Positions 39,501-50,210 of a stretch of DNA of 64,000 nucleotides are shown in pieces; position 1 is the stretch's first letter, and every line of letters begins with the position of its first letter. A program made the position numbers and the translations under genes. This stretch comes from Amphiscolops sp. MND2022 (lineage: Eukaryota), in contig OZ076409.1 in assembly GCA_964187785.1 (NCBI GenBank), forward strand, positions 25,608,001 to 25,672,000. Direction: 5' to 3'. The notes below the pieces were generated by a model that had not been told where the DNA came from, did not search any database, and saw only the letters and a list, made by a program, of their open reading frames with translations.

Positions 39501-40489
39501 AAGATTCAGCAGGACAAAATAGCAGAACATACCTTGGAAAACAGCAAAAGAGAAGAGTGCATCTGATGACTGATTGCTGATAGATGTTCCTTCGAGAAAA
39601 CGGAAGGCCATTCGAGTTTGATCCTTTTTCCCTATTTGAACACCATCTCCCCAAATATCAACTTTCAGACCTTGCAAATCAGTTCTTCCTTTGAACAGAA
39701 TGAATGTCATGACTTTGATAGCACGTACAAGATCAATTCTGAATCCCGAGAAAGTGTTTTTTGGTTTGAATAGGGATATAAACTTTGAAATCATCGGTTT
39801 TGACATCTCTTTGATCGCCGTATAACCAGGAATTAGTTGTTTTTGACCCAGTCCATCGACATGGAAAGTTTTTTTCAGCGTGTTGATCATATTTATCCAA
39901 CTACCAGTTTTAGTACAGATAAATATGTCTGACTTCAGCTTTTCGTACGATAAATAGTTTGAAAAAACACCCTTAACCAGAGCCTTGGCTTCAAACTGAT
40001 GCAGAGAGGTCTTCTGGGCCTTAGTATGAATCCGCTTTTGTTCTGTAGCTGCTAATGTTGCGAGAATTGTATGCATCTTCTGACTGAAACCTGATTCAGG
40101 TTTAGAAAACTGCTCCACTGGGATTGTTGGCATTGGAAGTGGATTGACAAAAGGTTGTGAGTCGGGAATTAGCTGCGGCGTATTTGGGAAAAAATAGGAC
40201 ACGTATCTTCTTCGTAATTGTGTCCATGGAAACCCACTTTGTAAACCACGAACAATTATTATTTGCAATATTCCAATTGCAACAAAGCAAGTTTTTTTTT
40301 GTTTATTACACAATCTTCGAGTTTTAATTCAGTTCCTTCAATTACTATTTCGATCGCGCTTTTCAGTTTTCGAGATTTTTCTCTTATAATATGCCCAGCA
40401 AAAACATCCAAAATTTTAGCATCCACAAAACTTTTTCCATCAATTGTTTCAGTGTAATCGTGCAGAAGCTTCTCGGGGTGTATTGTCAT
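36522..40489 (-). CDS. RAG1/Transib-like DDE transposase with probable C-terminal BRCT exon; predicted exons 40489-39533 (1-nt shift at the T9 run 40292-40300), 39445-38144, 37180-36522; about 970 aa
   Basis: Ordered motifs VDIWGDGVQIG (D1), YSGDQPFLNRL (D2), CPDGTH (DxxH), LTPYRLKL and CEGPEKSNHHVHR (E) parallel RAG1 CDGM, GYDEKLVR, IDALH, ITNYFHK and SEGNESGNKLFR. Both introns are phase 1 with GT-AG ends. The last exon has BRCT-like RFFLHGKF...LKKVIKKAGGKV...FLSVDYILKSI. Confidence 0.72.
37299..37478. mobile_element. MITE, Tc1/mariner-type ends (copy 2), in the predicted transposase intron
   Basis: TA|CAGTAGTGAGATTATTAAAA...TTTTAATAATATCACTACTG|TA; 19/20 TIR match. Confidence 0.8.
37591..37647. 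other. Near-perfect hairpin, 26-bp stem and 5-nt loop
   Basis: AGTAGATTGAGATTGGATTTCTCTCT-CCGCC-AGAGAGAATTCCAATCTCAATCTACT; one mismatch. Confidence 0.9.
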
Positions 40490-40594
40490 CCTGATTGTCG
40501 TACGTCGAAAGTTATATTGGAAGTTATTCTAGTAGTTGTTGTTTTTTCAAAAGCGTATTGACACTTTATCGTTTCCACACTAGCGTTTCCACTC

Positions 40595-40930
40595 TTGAAA
40601 TGCGTCTGCTGGTTCGCAAAGCGTTTGACAAAAAATTATAAAATTATCGTATTACGTTATTGATGTTATTGATTATATCGGAAATAAATCGAGTAATTGT
40701 AGTTTTAGCGTGTTCACACTCACGTGGATTTTGAAATGCGTCTGCTTGATCGAAAAGCGTTTGACAAAATATTATAAAATTATCGTATTACGTTATTGAT
40801 GTTATTGATTATATCGGAAATAAATCGAGTAATTGTAGTTTTAGCGTGCTCACACTCACGTGGATTTTGAAATGCGTCTGCTTGATCGAAAAGCGTTTGA
40901 CAAAAAATTATAAATTTATCGTGCTACGTT
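40595..40930. repeat. 136-bp tandem repeat (about 2.4 copies) between divergent transposase and Tudor-like genes
   Basis: TTGAAATGCGTCTGCT starts at 40595, 40731 and 40867, with near-identical units. Confidence 0.9.
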
Positions 40931-41198
40931 TTGGATGTTCCGTGCAAAAGTGTCTGGGGGTTTATTGTCATTTAAAATGCGTCTGACAATTAATTAATAT
41001 GCGTCTGACATTTAAAATTCATCTTATGCGTATGTAACGATTTGAGTCGATCAAACTCACTTGATAATCATTTGTCCCGATAACGATTTTATTTGCTCAA
41101 ACTTGCTTGATAAACATTAGTGGCAAATGCAATACTGAAAATACTCGTTTACGAAATTAAATTTCTTGAAAAATAAAGCACTAATTTCATTAATTGAA

Positions 41199-42767
41199 AT
41201 GGATTTCATCAGTGTTTTTGATATGAAAGAGCAAGTTCAAGTTTTGTATCCTGCAACAAAAATTTGGGAAGATGCTCGCATCATTGGGTTTGAAGGATCA
41301 TTTGGAATCCGAGTGAAATACCTCAATTGGCCCGATAAACTTGTGAAGCGATTCGGATCAGACAGAATTGAAGTGTCCCCCAACACACCCCAAAATTGCT
41401 GGCCGGTTAGAAAATGTATAGTATTACAAGATGTCCGCGGTCGCCGGAAATCCAAGAAGCCAGCAGAAACCGTTTTTGACATCCCCGACCCAAGAAAGCG
41501 CCAACTAGGGGACAGAATCTTTTTCACTGGGACATCACGGAAATCACCAGCGGACATTCCTAGTTTGGAAGAGGTTAGAAAAGATGCCGAGGAGTCGAAG
41601 CTGCTGAACTCGGGTTATGTTGTCATGAATGACCCATTCCAGCAAAATATGGCTGTTTCCTTCGACGGGCGCACAAAGGACATCCAGTTCATCGACTATG
41701 AACAAATTCGTCCGAAGAACTGGACTCATCCTGACACGAGGCAGCCTTCAGAGTTTGATTCGGAGCCCGAAGATGTCCAACCATCGCGGCAAAAAAAGAG
41801 AGTAGTAGAAACAGATGCAGAACCAGAACCCACTATAACCACTCCCAGACAGAAAATTGATATTGCCGCATATATTGCGAGTCTTGCCGAGAAAGACGAA
41901 CTTCTGGACATTGTACCCTGCGAAAATGGTATTGCATCAGCAGGTAAATGATCAATTTGATTATTACTAGTCTAACTTCTACGGTACTAAAAAAAATCAA
42001 ACAAAAAAACTGAAACCAAGTTTTTTGCCACGAGCGTCCTCTCGAAAAATTTACATGCTTATAGAAACTTTGTCGCATAAATCTTTCTCAAGTGGTTAAT
42101 AAATTATTATTACTAAATGAAACTGAATATTCGCATTCTGTTATCAGGTGACCACGTTACGATAAACATTAGGAGCACGGTCTTCACGATGAAATTGGAG
42201 AAGATATGGTTCGACGTGGAGATGAAGAAGGCCATGGCGAAACTGGTCGATGAAGAAGACAGATGCTACTCCATCACTTACCCAGCTGTAAAGCTAGTGT
42301 TGACAGAAGCAAACTACATGAAGCAGAAAGCTCTGGACTTGTCCGCAGCTTGTTCACCTGTGAATAGAGCTTTTCATTACCTGTCAGCTCTGAAACGTTT
42401 GGTCGGGATATCCCAGTCCAAACGCACAATGATGAATCAGGACATTTGCTTGGTTGACGAAATTTCCAAGAATATCTTTTTAATGGGTTCTGGACACCAA
42501 GTCAAATTTCATATAGATCCTGACTCAGAAAAGTTCCACAAAAATGCAGAATGGGACAGTACCCTAGGCCGACAATGGGATATGCTCCCACCAATCTTCC
42601 CTAAAACTTTCTGCCACATTATCAAAAGCCTAAAATTTTCAATTAACAACGATTTTCTGCTGAAAACTGTGCGAGTATCTATCGATTGTTTCCAGGACAA
42701 TTTAAATGGCGATGACGAATATCGTCGTTCCGCAGCCAATAATTGCAGAAGTCAGTTTAGTTTTTAA
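41199..42767 (+). CDS. Protein with N-terminal Tudor/chromo-barrel-like domain; exons 41199-41943 and 42148-42767, 454 aa
   Basis: FDMKEQVQVLYPATKIWEDARII...IRVKYLNWP matches the F..G..V....W..A.I....V.Y.GW Royal-family pattern. A phase-1 intron (CAG|GTAAAT...TATCAG|GT) joins two long ORFs. Confidence 0.6.
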
Positions 42768-43448
42768 ATTTATTCATTTTTTGTATCCATTGCCATAACA
42801 ATTGTGATATCTTTTCCATTATGTTTCTTAATTGAATCAGTCTCTTGTGAATCATTTTGTTTTCGATTTGGGGCAAAAGAACAGTAGTGGAGCGACATTG
42901 TAATAATTGACAACAATAACATTAAACAATTGAGTCAAACAAAAAGTAATGAGGATTAAATTGTTCAAAAAGACAAGCCCCCGGAAAGATCTTATGATAC
43001 CAATCTAGTCTTCTTGTAATCTCCTAATCTTCCTATTGATTGATATATAGTATGAGTTTAAGCTTATTCAATTATATTAAATGAGAGTTGTTCGATTTAA
43101 GGTGGAATGATGAGAAGCATGGAAGCTTGATAATCATTATTCAAATTTATTTCGAAAAAAAGTACCTGGGAAGGGTTTACTAAAATTCTGATAATCGGCA
43201 AATCCTTATCTTTAGTTGATTAGGTATATCTCGGACATTTTTTGATATGTATTCAAAGTTTCTATCAAATTGAAAGGCCACACTTGGTGGGAAACGAATG
43301 GACAGATTATGTTCAACAATTAGTTGACTTCGCCCATGCGTTTCCGAGATTTTCAGTTATGAACAACAAAACTCGCCCATGCATTCCCGAGTTTTTGCCC
43401 AACATTTTCCGAGTTTTGGAAGGCCTTGCCGGTTACCCCACTGTAATG

Positions 43449-43620
43449 TATAATGTTGCTGGTATCTAATGTACAAATATATATATCAACAACTACAAAC
43501 ATAAGACTGCCATTAATTGGTCACTTTAATTAATTAGATTGCAGTCACTTCAGTTTTAATAGATTGTTTTGTATTGCTCTTTTCTATTGTTTTGTTATGA
43601 CAGTTTGTAGCCCCGTTACA
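43449..43620 (-). repeat. Gypsy 3' LTR, proximal half
   Basis: Matches 48544-48715 except for one substitution (TTTTGTTATG vs TTTTGGTATG). Confidence 0.96.
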
Positions 43621-43629
43621 TTCCCCTCT
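43621..43629 (-). other. Polypurine tract
   Basis: Minus-strand AGAGGGGAA directly before the TGTAAC start of the 3' LTR. Confidence 0.8.
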
Positions 43630-43705
43630 GTTCGATTCTTGACGAGCTCTGTGATTTGGGTTCAACATAAATATCTTTGGGCTTTGACTAGTGCAATTTA
43701 CTTGT

Positions 43706-46700
43706 TTAGTTTTCGTCACTCGAGATTGTGATTACCTCTCTTTCTCCTTCTTCGTTTGTGTTTTCTATTCCACATATCATGACCGGGTTTCCATAGTAGT
43801 CCGGTGTGGTGCGGTTTCTTTTTGGTCGTTCATTGCTTGTATCTGTTTCGTTTTCACTTCCTGGTTCTTCTTTTGTCGGTTGTGGTTTTTCCCAGTTGAC
43901 TGTTGCTTTTATTGGTGTTTTTGGTGGGTTTGTTTGTTTTCTTTCATTTCTTCGTTGATCGTTTTCTTCTTCGTCTTCTGACTCTAATAGTTCTCTCCAA
44001 TTTGCGAGACGTTTGAATTCTGTTGGGATTTTCTTCTCTCTTCTTTTCTTTGTGTTTTGTTGTTCGTTGGTTTTGGTTTGTTTTATGTCCTTCTTGTGTT
44101 GTGGTGAATTCGTGTGTTTTGATTGGTTGCTTTGTTGGACCAATTGTAGTGGCTTCGCTATTTCACGTTTGCTGAATGTTTGCGCTGTTGATTTTCCACT
44201 TTCTTTCATTGTCAGCGTATGCTGTATTTCGCCTGTGATTCGTCCTTTCTTTCGCTTGTAGACTTCTTCTAGTTTTGAGCCCCGTGCTCTTTCTCTGACC
44301 ATTATTTCTGAATCTTGTTCTTGGGGAAAATCACTCATCTCCAGTTCGAAGTCTTTGTCGTTATCTGAAACAGAATTGTAGTTTGTAGTTGGTTTTGTAG
44401 TTATGATTTCTTTGATTCTAGTTAATTTTCTCCCTAGTTGTAGTTCCGCTGGAGATACGTTATTACTTTTTGGTGCATTTCGTATTGAGTATAATATTTC
44501 TGATAGTCCGGTATTTTCTTTATCCAGTATTATTCTTTTGTTGGTTCTCAGTCTTTCGTTTATTGTGCGTATAAGTCTTTCTACTTTACCATTACCGCGG
44601 TGATCATATATGGGGCATTTTATGTGTTGTATAAAGTATTTTTGACAGAATTGTTTAAATTTGTTACTTGTAAATGCTGTTCGCGGATCTGTTCGAATTT
44701 TTCTTGGGATGCCATTATCTGCAATATATCTTTCGAGGAATTCTATTACTTTATTAGTAGTTGGGGCTCGCATAAATTTTGCGTCCGGCCAGCCTGTTTT
44801 ACTGTCGATTGATACTATTAAGTATTTCTTTGAACTTTTTGCTATTTTGAATGGGCCAGCGAAGTCTATTGCAATTTCTTCATCTACTTCTTTTGGTGCT
44901 GGTAGTTTGCCAAATTGTTTTTGATTTAACATTGGTTTTATTGACTTACCTGCTGCTCTGCATTCTGGACATGTTTTGGTAAGTAGCTTAATGTCTCTGT
45001 GTATCTTTGGCCACCAAATATCGATAATTTGCCTTAACATTTGGTCACGTCCGGGGTGGCCCCAATGTAGCGAATTTTTGATGGGAGTCTGTAAGTTTTT
45101 CGGTATTATAAGACGATCATCCATGTAGAGTAAGTTATTTTCATCAATGGAGATTGAATTAAATCTCTCTCTCCACGGGCTTTCCAGAGCTTTGATTTTT
45201 GCTTTTGTAGGACTTTTTACTAATTTGATTAGTTTTTGTAGGTTTTCGTCATCGTTATAATTTGCGATAAGCATGTTTTCACCAATTTTGTTGGCTATTT
45301 CAACTTTCGATTCAAATTGCTTTGAGATTCGTTTACCTGCTAATGCGTTTGTTGAGTTGTTCTGTCCCATTTTGGTCAGTTGCGTTGTTTGCTTGCTCGC
45401 GTGTGTTTGTTCACTCTTGCTGCGTCTATCTTCGCGGTTGAGTTTCAACCATTGTCGTCCTCTGATTGGTCGAGTGAATTCTTCAGCTAAAATACTATTT
45501 ACATTATTTACATGGTTCACTGTGAACCAGTTGTTCCATAATTCTTTAGCTTTTACGCTTTCTCCTTCTATTTGTGATGGATGGCGTGAAAGGTAGTCAG
45601 CTATGCCAATTGTTCTTCCAGGTGCGTGGAATATGTCAAAGTCAAACAATAGTAGTCGATCTACCCATCGAGTGAGTCTACTCGAGTAGGTTTTATTGCC
45701 TTTATTTCCTTTCAGCACTGTTGCTAGTGCCTTGTGGTCTGATACCACTTGGAATTTTATTCCGTATAAGTAGTTTTTAAAATGCTCAATCGCCCATACA
45801 ACGGCGAGTAGTTCCAATTCGTTTATGGAATAGTTTTCTTCTAGTGGCGTTAAAAATCTGGATGCGAAATGTATTGGTCTCCATCCAATCTCGTCTTGTT
45901 GTTGTAGTACAGCGCCTAATCCGGCTTTACTTGCGTCGCATATTATTCGGATATTTTCGCTTTTCTTGAAGTGTCCCACTTCTGTTACTCTTTTTACCTG
46001 TTCGTTTATTTCTTTAAAAGCTTTTTCGTGTTTCTCCTCCCAGTTCCATGTTTTATCCTTTTTTAGTAAAGGTCTTAGTGGAAAGCAAAGTTGGGCTAAA
46101 TTCGGTATAAATCTGTTCATCTGGTTTACAGCTCCCAGATAAGAACGTAGTTCCTTTAGATTTTTCGGTCTAAGTTTTTCAGTTATTGCTTGTATTTTGG
46201 TGTTTATTGGGCTTATTCCATTTTGGGTTAATTTATATCCCAACCATTCAATTTCTTTTTGTGCTAAATTACATTTTTCCCATTTTAGTCTAACGTTAGC
46301 TTTATTTAGCTTTGTTAATACTGTTTTTACCACTTTGTAGTGATTTTCTTTTGATCCTTTTGTTACTACAAGGGATATCATCTAGGAATACGTACGTGTT
46401 GGGGATGTTTGCTAATTCGGTGTCCATGGCTTTTTGGAACTCGGTTGGCATTACTGTTAAACCGTAAAAACCTGTTACAAATTTGTATGTTCCAGTAGCT
46501 TTCCCTCCTATTATTTGGAAATTACAGTGTTTTGCTGTTTCTTTATTTAGTGGCTCTTGTCCGTACGCGTATTGCATGTCAAGAGAAGTATACCATGCTA
46601 TTCCTTCGTTTTCTGTATCTAATTGTTCTGCTACCATATCGACAAGGTGCTCTAGATTCGGCATTTGGTATTTATCTTTTACGAGTTCTTTGTTTAATGC

Positions 46701-48404
46701 GCGTGCGTCGAGTGCTATTTTCACACTCTTATCTCTTTTCACCGTGATTACTATTGGCTGAATGAATTGTTTGTCCGTTACTTCTCTTACTCTTTCAATG
46801 TGTCCTTCATGCAACAACCTTTCTATTTCCTTTTGTACTGCATCTTGCAGTTGAATAGGTACTCTTCTACCCTTTTGTTGTGTTATTTTTGCATGTGGTT
46901 TGAATTCTATTTTGACTTCATGGCCTATTAATTTCCCTTGTCTTGTAAATAGTTCGTTAAATTGTTCCTTTATTTTTGTTTGTTCATTCACTTCATTGTG
47001 AATGCTCTTTTCGTTCTCTTTTTCTATTTTACTGTTTTTGCTCGAATTACTACTAATTTTATAAATGGCTTGTTTACCTTCACTTTGATTGGGTGATACA
47101 AATTTGTAGTTGAAAGCATTCAGCCAATCTCGTCCAATTAGCGATTTTGCTCCCTTCTGTGCGATTAATATTCTTGCTTTGTGGAGTTTACTTTCCCCAA
47201 CTTCCAGATGGCAGAATATGTAGCCCAACAATTCTAGTTTCTTCCGATTGAAATCCACGTATTCCTCATCGCTGGGTAATTCCCTGATGAATAGTGTTTT
47301 TCGTTTCATTAATTTCTTCAATTCATCTATTTCGAAGATGGTTACTGGCGATCCTGAATCTACCATTGTCTGGAATTCATTGCCGTTGATTTTGCCCTTC
47401 ATCGTGAAGTGTCCATTTTCGTCACCTTCTATGGTTAGTACCACTTTTTCTTCGTCTACTATTGACCCTTCATTCTCACTGTCGCTCCATTCGTCAATTC
47501 GTTGAATTCTTTGTGGTGGTTTTGCAACCTTTCTGCTTTTTGCAAAATTTCCAGCTCCTTTTGTTTGGCAGCATTTTGCGAAGTGCCCCTTTTTTCCGCA
47601 TTTCATGCAAGTTATTCCTATTGCCTTGCACTCTTTTAAGTGTTGTGGGGTGAAGATTCCTTCACAGCGAAAGCATTTCTTTTGGGGTCCCCATCTTTTT
47701 GCACTTTGATTTATGTTATTTATTTCGGACGGTTCTGCTTTTATTTTGGGTTTCTCCAATGTTTCAAACGATTGTTGTCTTATCGTTCCCTCTTCGTAGG
47801 CAATTGCAAATTGTATGTTGTCATTTACGTTTGTTTTGGGTTCAGTGCACAGCTTTTGTTGTACTTCTTTGTTGTTCATATTCACTATGAATACATCTTT
47901 CACTAAGCTTTCGGTTATTGCTCCAAAGTTGCATTTTGATGCTAATCCGTTCAATTCGTTCCAGAATTGTTTGAGTGATTCTCCTTCTTTCTGTTTTCTG
48001 GATAGGAATTTGAATCTATCCAATGTTTCGTTCTTTGGTTTCTCGAAACATTCTTTGCAGTTCTTTAGTAAATCCGTTAGATTTACTGTTGCTATATTTG
48101 TCGTCGGAAACTTGTCTGCAATTGTTTTTCTCCCTGCAGCTCCCAATGCCAGATATAGAACGCTTATTGCCTTCTTCGTTGCGGGTATTTCGTCTAAATC
48201 TCCCATTAGACTTTTTTCTTTTGCTCCTGTCGTCTTCGTCAGCTCAGATACTGAGATATTGTTTTTCGCCATTAACGCTACCTCAAAGAGGTCTATCCAC
48301 TTTTCCCATTCTAATGTGGGTGTTTTTGATGCGTCAGTCCAGTAAGTTGGTAGACCTGCAATTGCTTGCGGTCCTCCTGAGTATTCAGGTGCTCGCAGCG
48401 CCAT
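43706..48404 (-). CDS. gag-pol: Gypsy gag-pol polyprotein, one ORF broken by a single extra base at ~46372
   Basis: Two zinc knuckles (CFRC...HLKEC, CMKCGKKGHFAKCC), protease VDSGS, RT (SLDMQYAY, FYGL, VFLDDI), RNase H (CDAS, ELELLAV, SDHKAL), integrase (HWGHPG...CPEC, DFAGP, RTDP, GKVER). Confidence 0.93.
48390..48403 (-). other. Primer-binding site, probably tRNA-Ser
   Basis: TGGCGCTGCGAGCA directly follows the LTR CA and is complementary to ...UGCUCGCAGCGCCA, a tRNA-Ser-type 3' end (recall). Confidence 0.7.
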
Positions 48405-48715
48405 GTTATAGTTTAAGTAGTAATACGTAATTCTACTGAAAGTTCTGATACTGCTACTGTTTCAGGAATAAAGGGAAGCGAGACAAGAATCTATTTCTAT
48501 GAAGACCATGTGGCAAAGTGGATGGGCCATCACTACGATGGTCTATAATGTTGCTGGTATCTAATGTACAAATATATATATCAACAACTACAAACATAAG
48601 ACTGCCATTAATTGGTCACTTTAATTAATTAGATTGCAGTCACTTCAGTTTTAATAGATTGTTTTGTATTGCTCTTTTCTATTGTTTTGGTATGACAGTT
48701 TGTAGCCCCGTTACA
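48404..48715 (-). repeat. Gypsy 5' LTR, 312 bp, intact
   Basis: TG...CA ends, followed by the CTAAT TSD; equals the two 3' LTR halves joined at a single TA. Confidence 0.96.
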
Positions 48716-50147
48716 CTAATATTCGTTCTTGTAGTACAATGGGTACTCTTGAGCCTCAAAATATGTTGTTTCTAGAACATTTTGCACTGGTCAGCGGGCG
48801 TCTTGTTTTTGCTTGTTTTGTTCTGTTTTGTTTTCATAGAAAATCACCATAGTTCAAATACAAAAGTTAAAGTCTGGGCATACCTTTTTGTAAAAATATA
48901 TAAATGTTTCTTTCTCAAATTAAAAGAATCAAAGGAACAAAAAAGTCTCTCTATATTCAGAAATTCGGAACTTTTTGCAACTTTTGTAGTTTACTGGCTT
49001 TATTCCAGCCTGTAGAATAAGTAGTTGCTAAAATAGTTCGGTGCATTTTCCGAAGTAACAAAAGTTTCGAAAGTCTTACTTTTGAACTCAAATTTCTTCG
49101 TCCAAGAAATTAGCGATTTTTTTAGTCTTTCAATTATGTTATATAATAAAATATTCAAGTAAACTCCCAACGTGTCTCCAAACTCAGACAGATGTTTTTA
49201 AATAAAATGTTCAGCTATCATAGGAAGACTTCCGGAAGAAAAAGCAGAATGTAGTATAGTTTTTTTAGGAAAAGACGAAGGAAAATTATATTATATTTAC
49301 AGGAAGTATGTCATAAAGGGGGATGGTTTTTCAATCACCATTAACGATCTGCTTTTCAAAAAGTTTATAATATACGCTGCATAAAATTCCAGAAGTTAAT
49401 TATCTTCCTCGACTTTTTTGTTCATCAAAAAAGAGCGTTGAGCACTTTGAAGTTATATTATCACATGGAAGCAATAAAAACACAATGATTTATTTGGTTG
49501 AAAAGTTGCTTGAAAAATTAGTTGAAATTTTCGCTAGAAGAGTTTCATTTTAAAGCTGATTTGAAATATTTCTCTTCGTTAGGTTTGCTACAATCCCAGA
49601 CGGCTCAGCAATATTCTTTTCAAAGTATTTCTAAATCTAAGATATAATTTATTAGATTGAAATTTCTTGCTTCCAGGCTTCGAAGTAGGTTACAAGTTTC
49701 CTTGGTTTTCAGCTGCCCAATTAAACACAAGGATCATTAGGACACGATTGACCGAAAATCGAACTGAAGAGCAACAATTTTGTAATATCACACAAACATT
49801 CGCAGGTGAAAATTGATTAACCAATTTTTTTCAACTATTTACTCAACTTATTCACTTCATTTAATTTTCGTGTACTTCATATCTGTCATTTTCTTCGTGA
49901 TTATAAACTGTTGTCGAAACACCAAAAATTTGACAAGCTAACTAGTTAATTTTTTTATGATAGCAGTACAAATTTTTATAACCTTTTTGTCGCTTTTTAC
50001 AGCAGCAGTATAGTGAAAAATAATCCAGGCATGATCAAGTTTTGGCGCTGTTTTTGCTGCGTCTCTTTAAAAATATCACCTGTCTCAGGTCCAAAAATTT
50101 GGACAATAGAAGTTGGAGGTTTGTTTGTACTTGCTCTTCTATTTTGA

Positions 50148-50210
50148 TGTCTCTCTCTCTCTCGCTCTCTCACTCTTTTTCTCTCTGTGTCTCCCTGTCT
50201 CTCTTTCTTC
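50148..50210. repeat. Imperfect (CT)n tract
   Basis: GTCTCTCTCTCTCTCGCTCTCTCACTC...; CT/GA-rich. Confidence 0.7.

Larger units (their letters stand above)
24501..43448. mobile_element. 18,948-bp cut-and-paste DNA transposon with RAG1/Transib-like transposase and chromatin-modifier cargo
   Basis: Perfect 23-bp TIRs CATTACAGTGGGGTAACCGGCAA (24501-24523; reverse complement at 43426-43448). TA at 24499-24500 and 43449-43450, where the intact LTR has a single TA (gtc-TA-taatg, 48541-48550). Confidence 0.95.
24359..48715 (-). mobile_element. Young full-length Ty3/Gypsy LTR retrotransposon (about 5.4 kb net, Mag-like), 3' LTR interrupted by an 18.9-kb DNA transposon
   Basis: TG...CA termini; TSD CTAAT at 24354-24358 and 48716-48720; matching LTRs; PBS, PPT and gag-PR-RT-RH-IN order. 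Confidence 0.96.

Noticed and set aside
24501..43448. Tc1/mariner, Polinton or endogenous virus assignment for the 19-kb element
   Set aside because: Despite the TA TSD there is no DD34E/D mariner-type protein; no DNA polymerase B, capsid or packaging ATPase motifs seen.
43691..48430. Plus-strand ORFs over the Gypsy element
   Set aside because: Antisense shadows of gag-pol.
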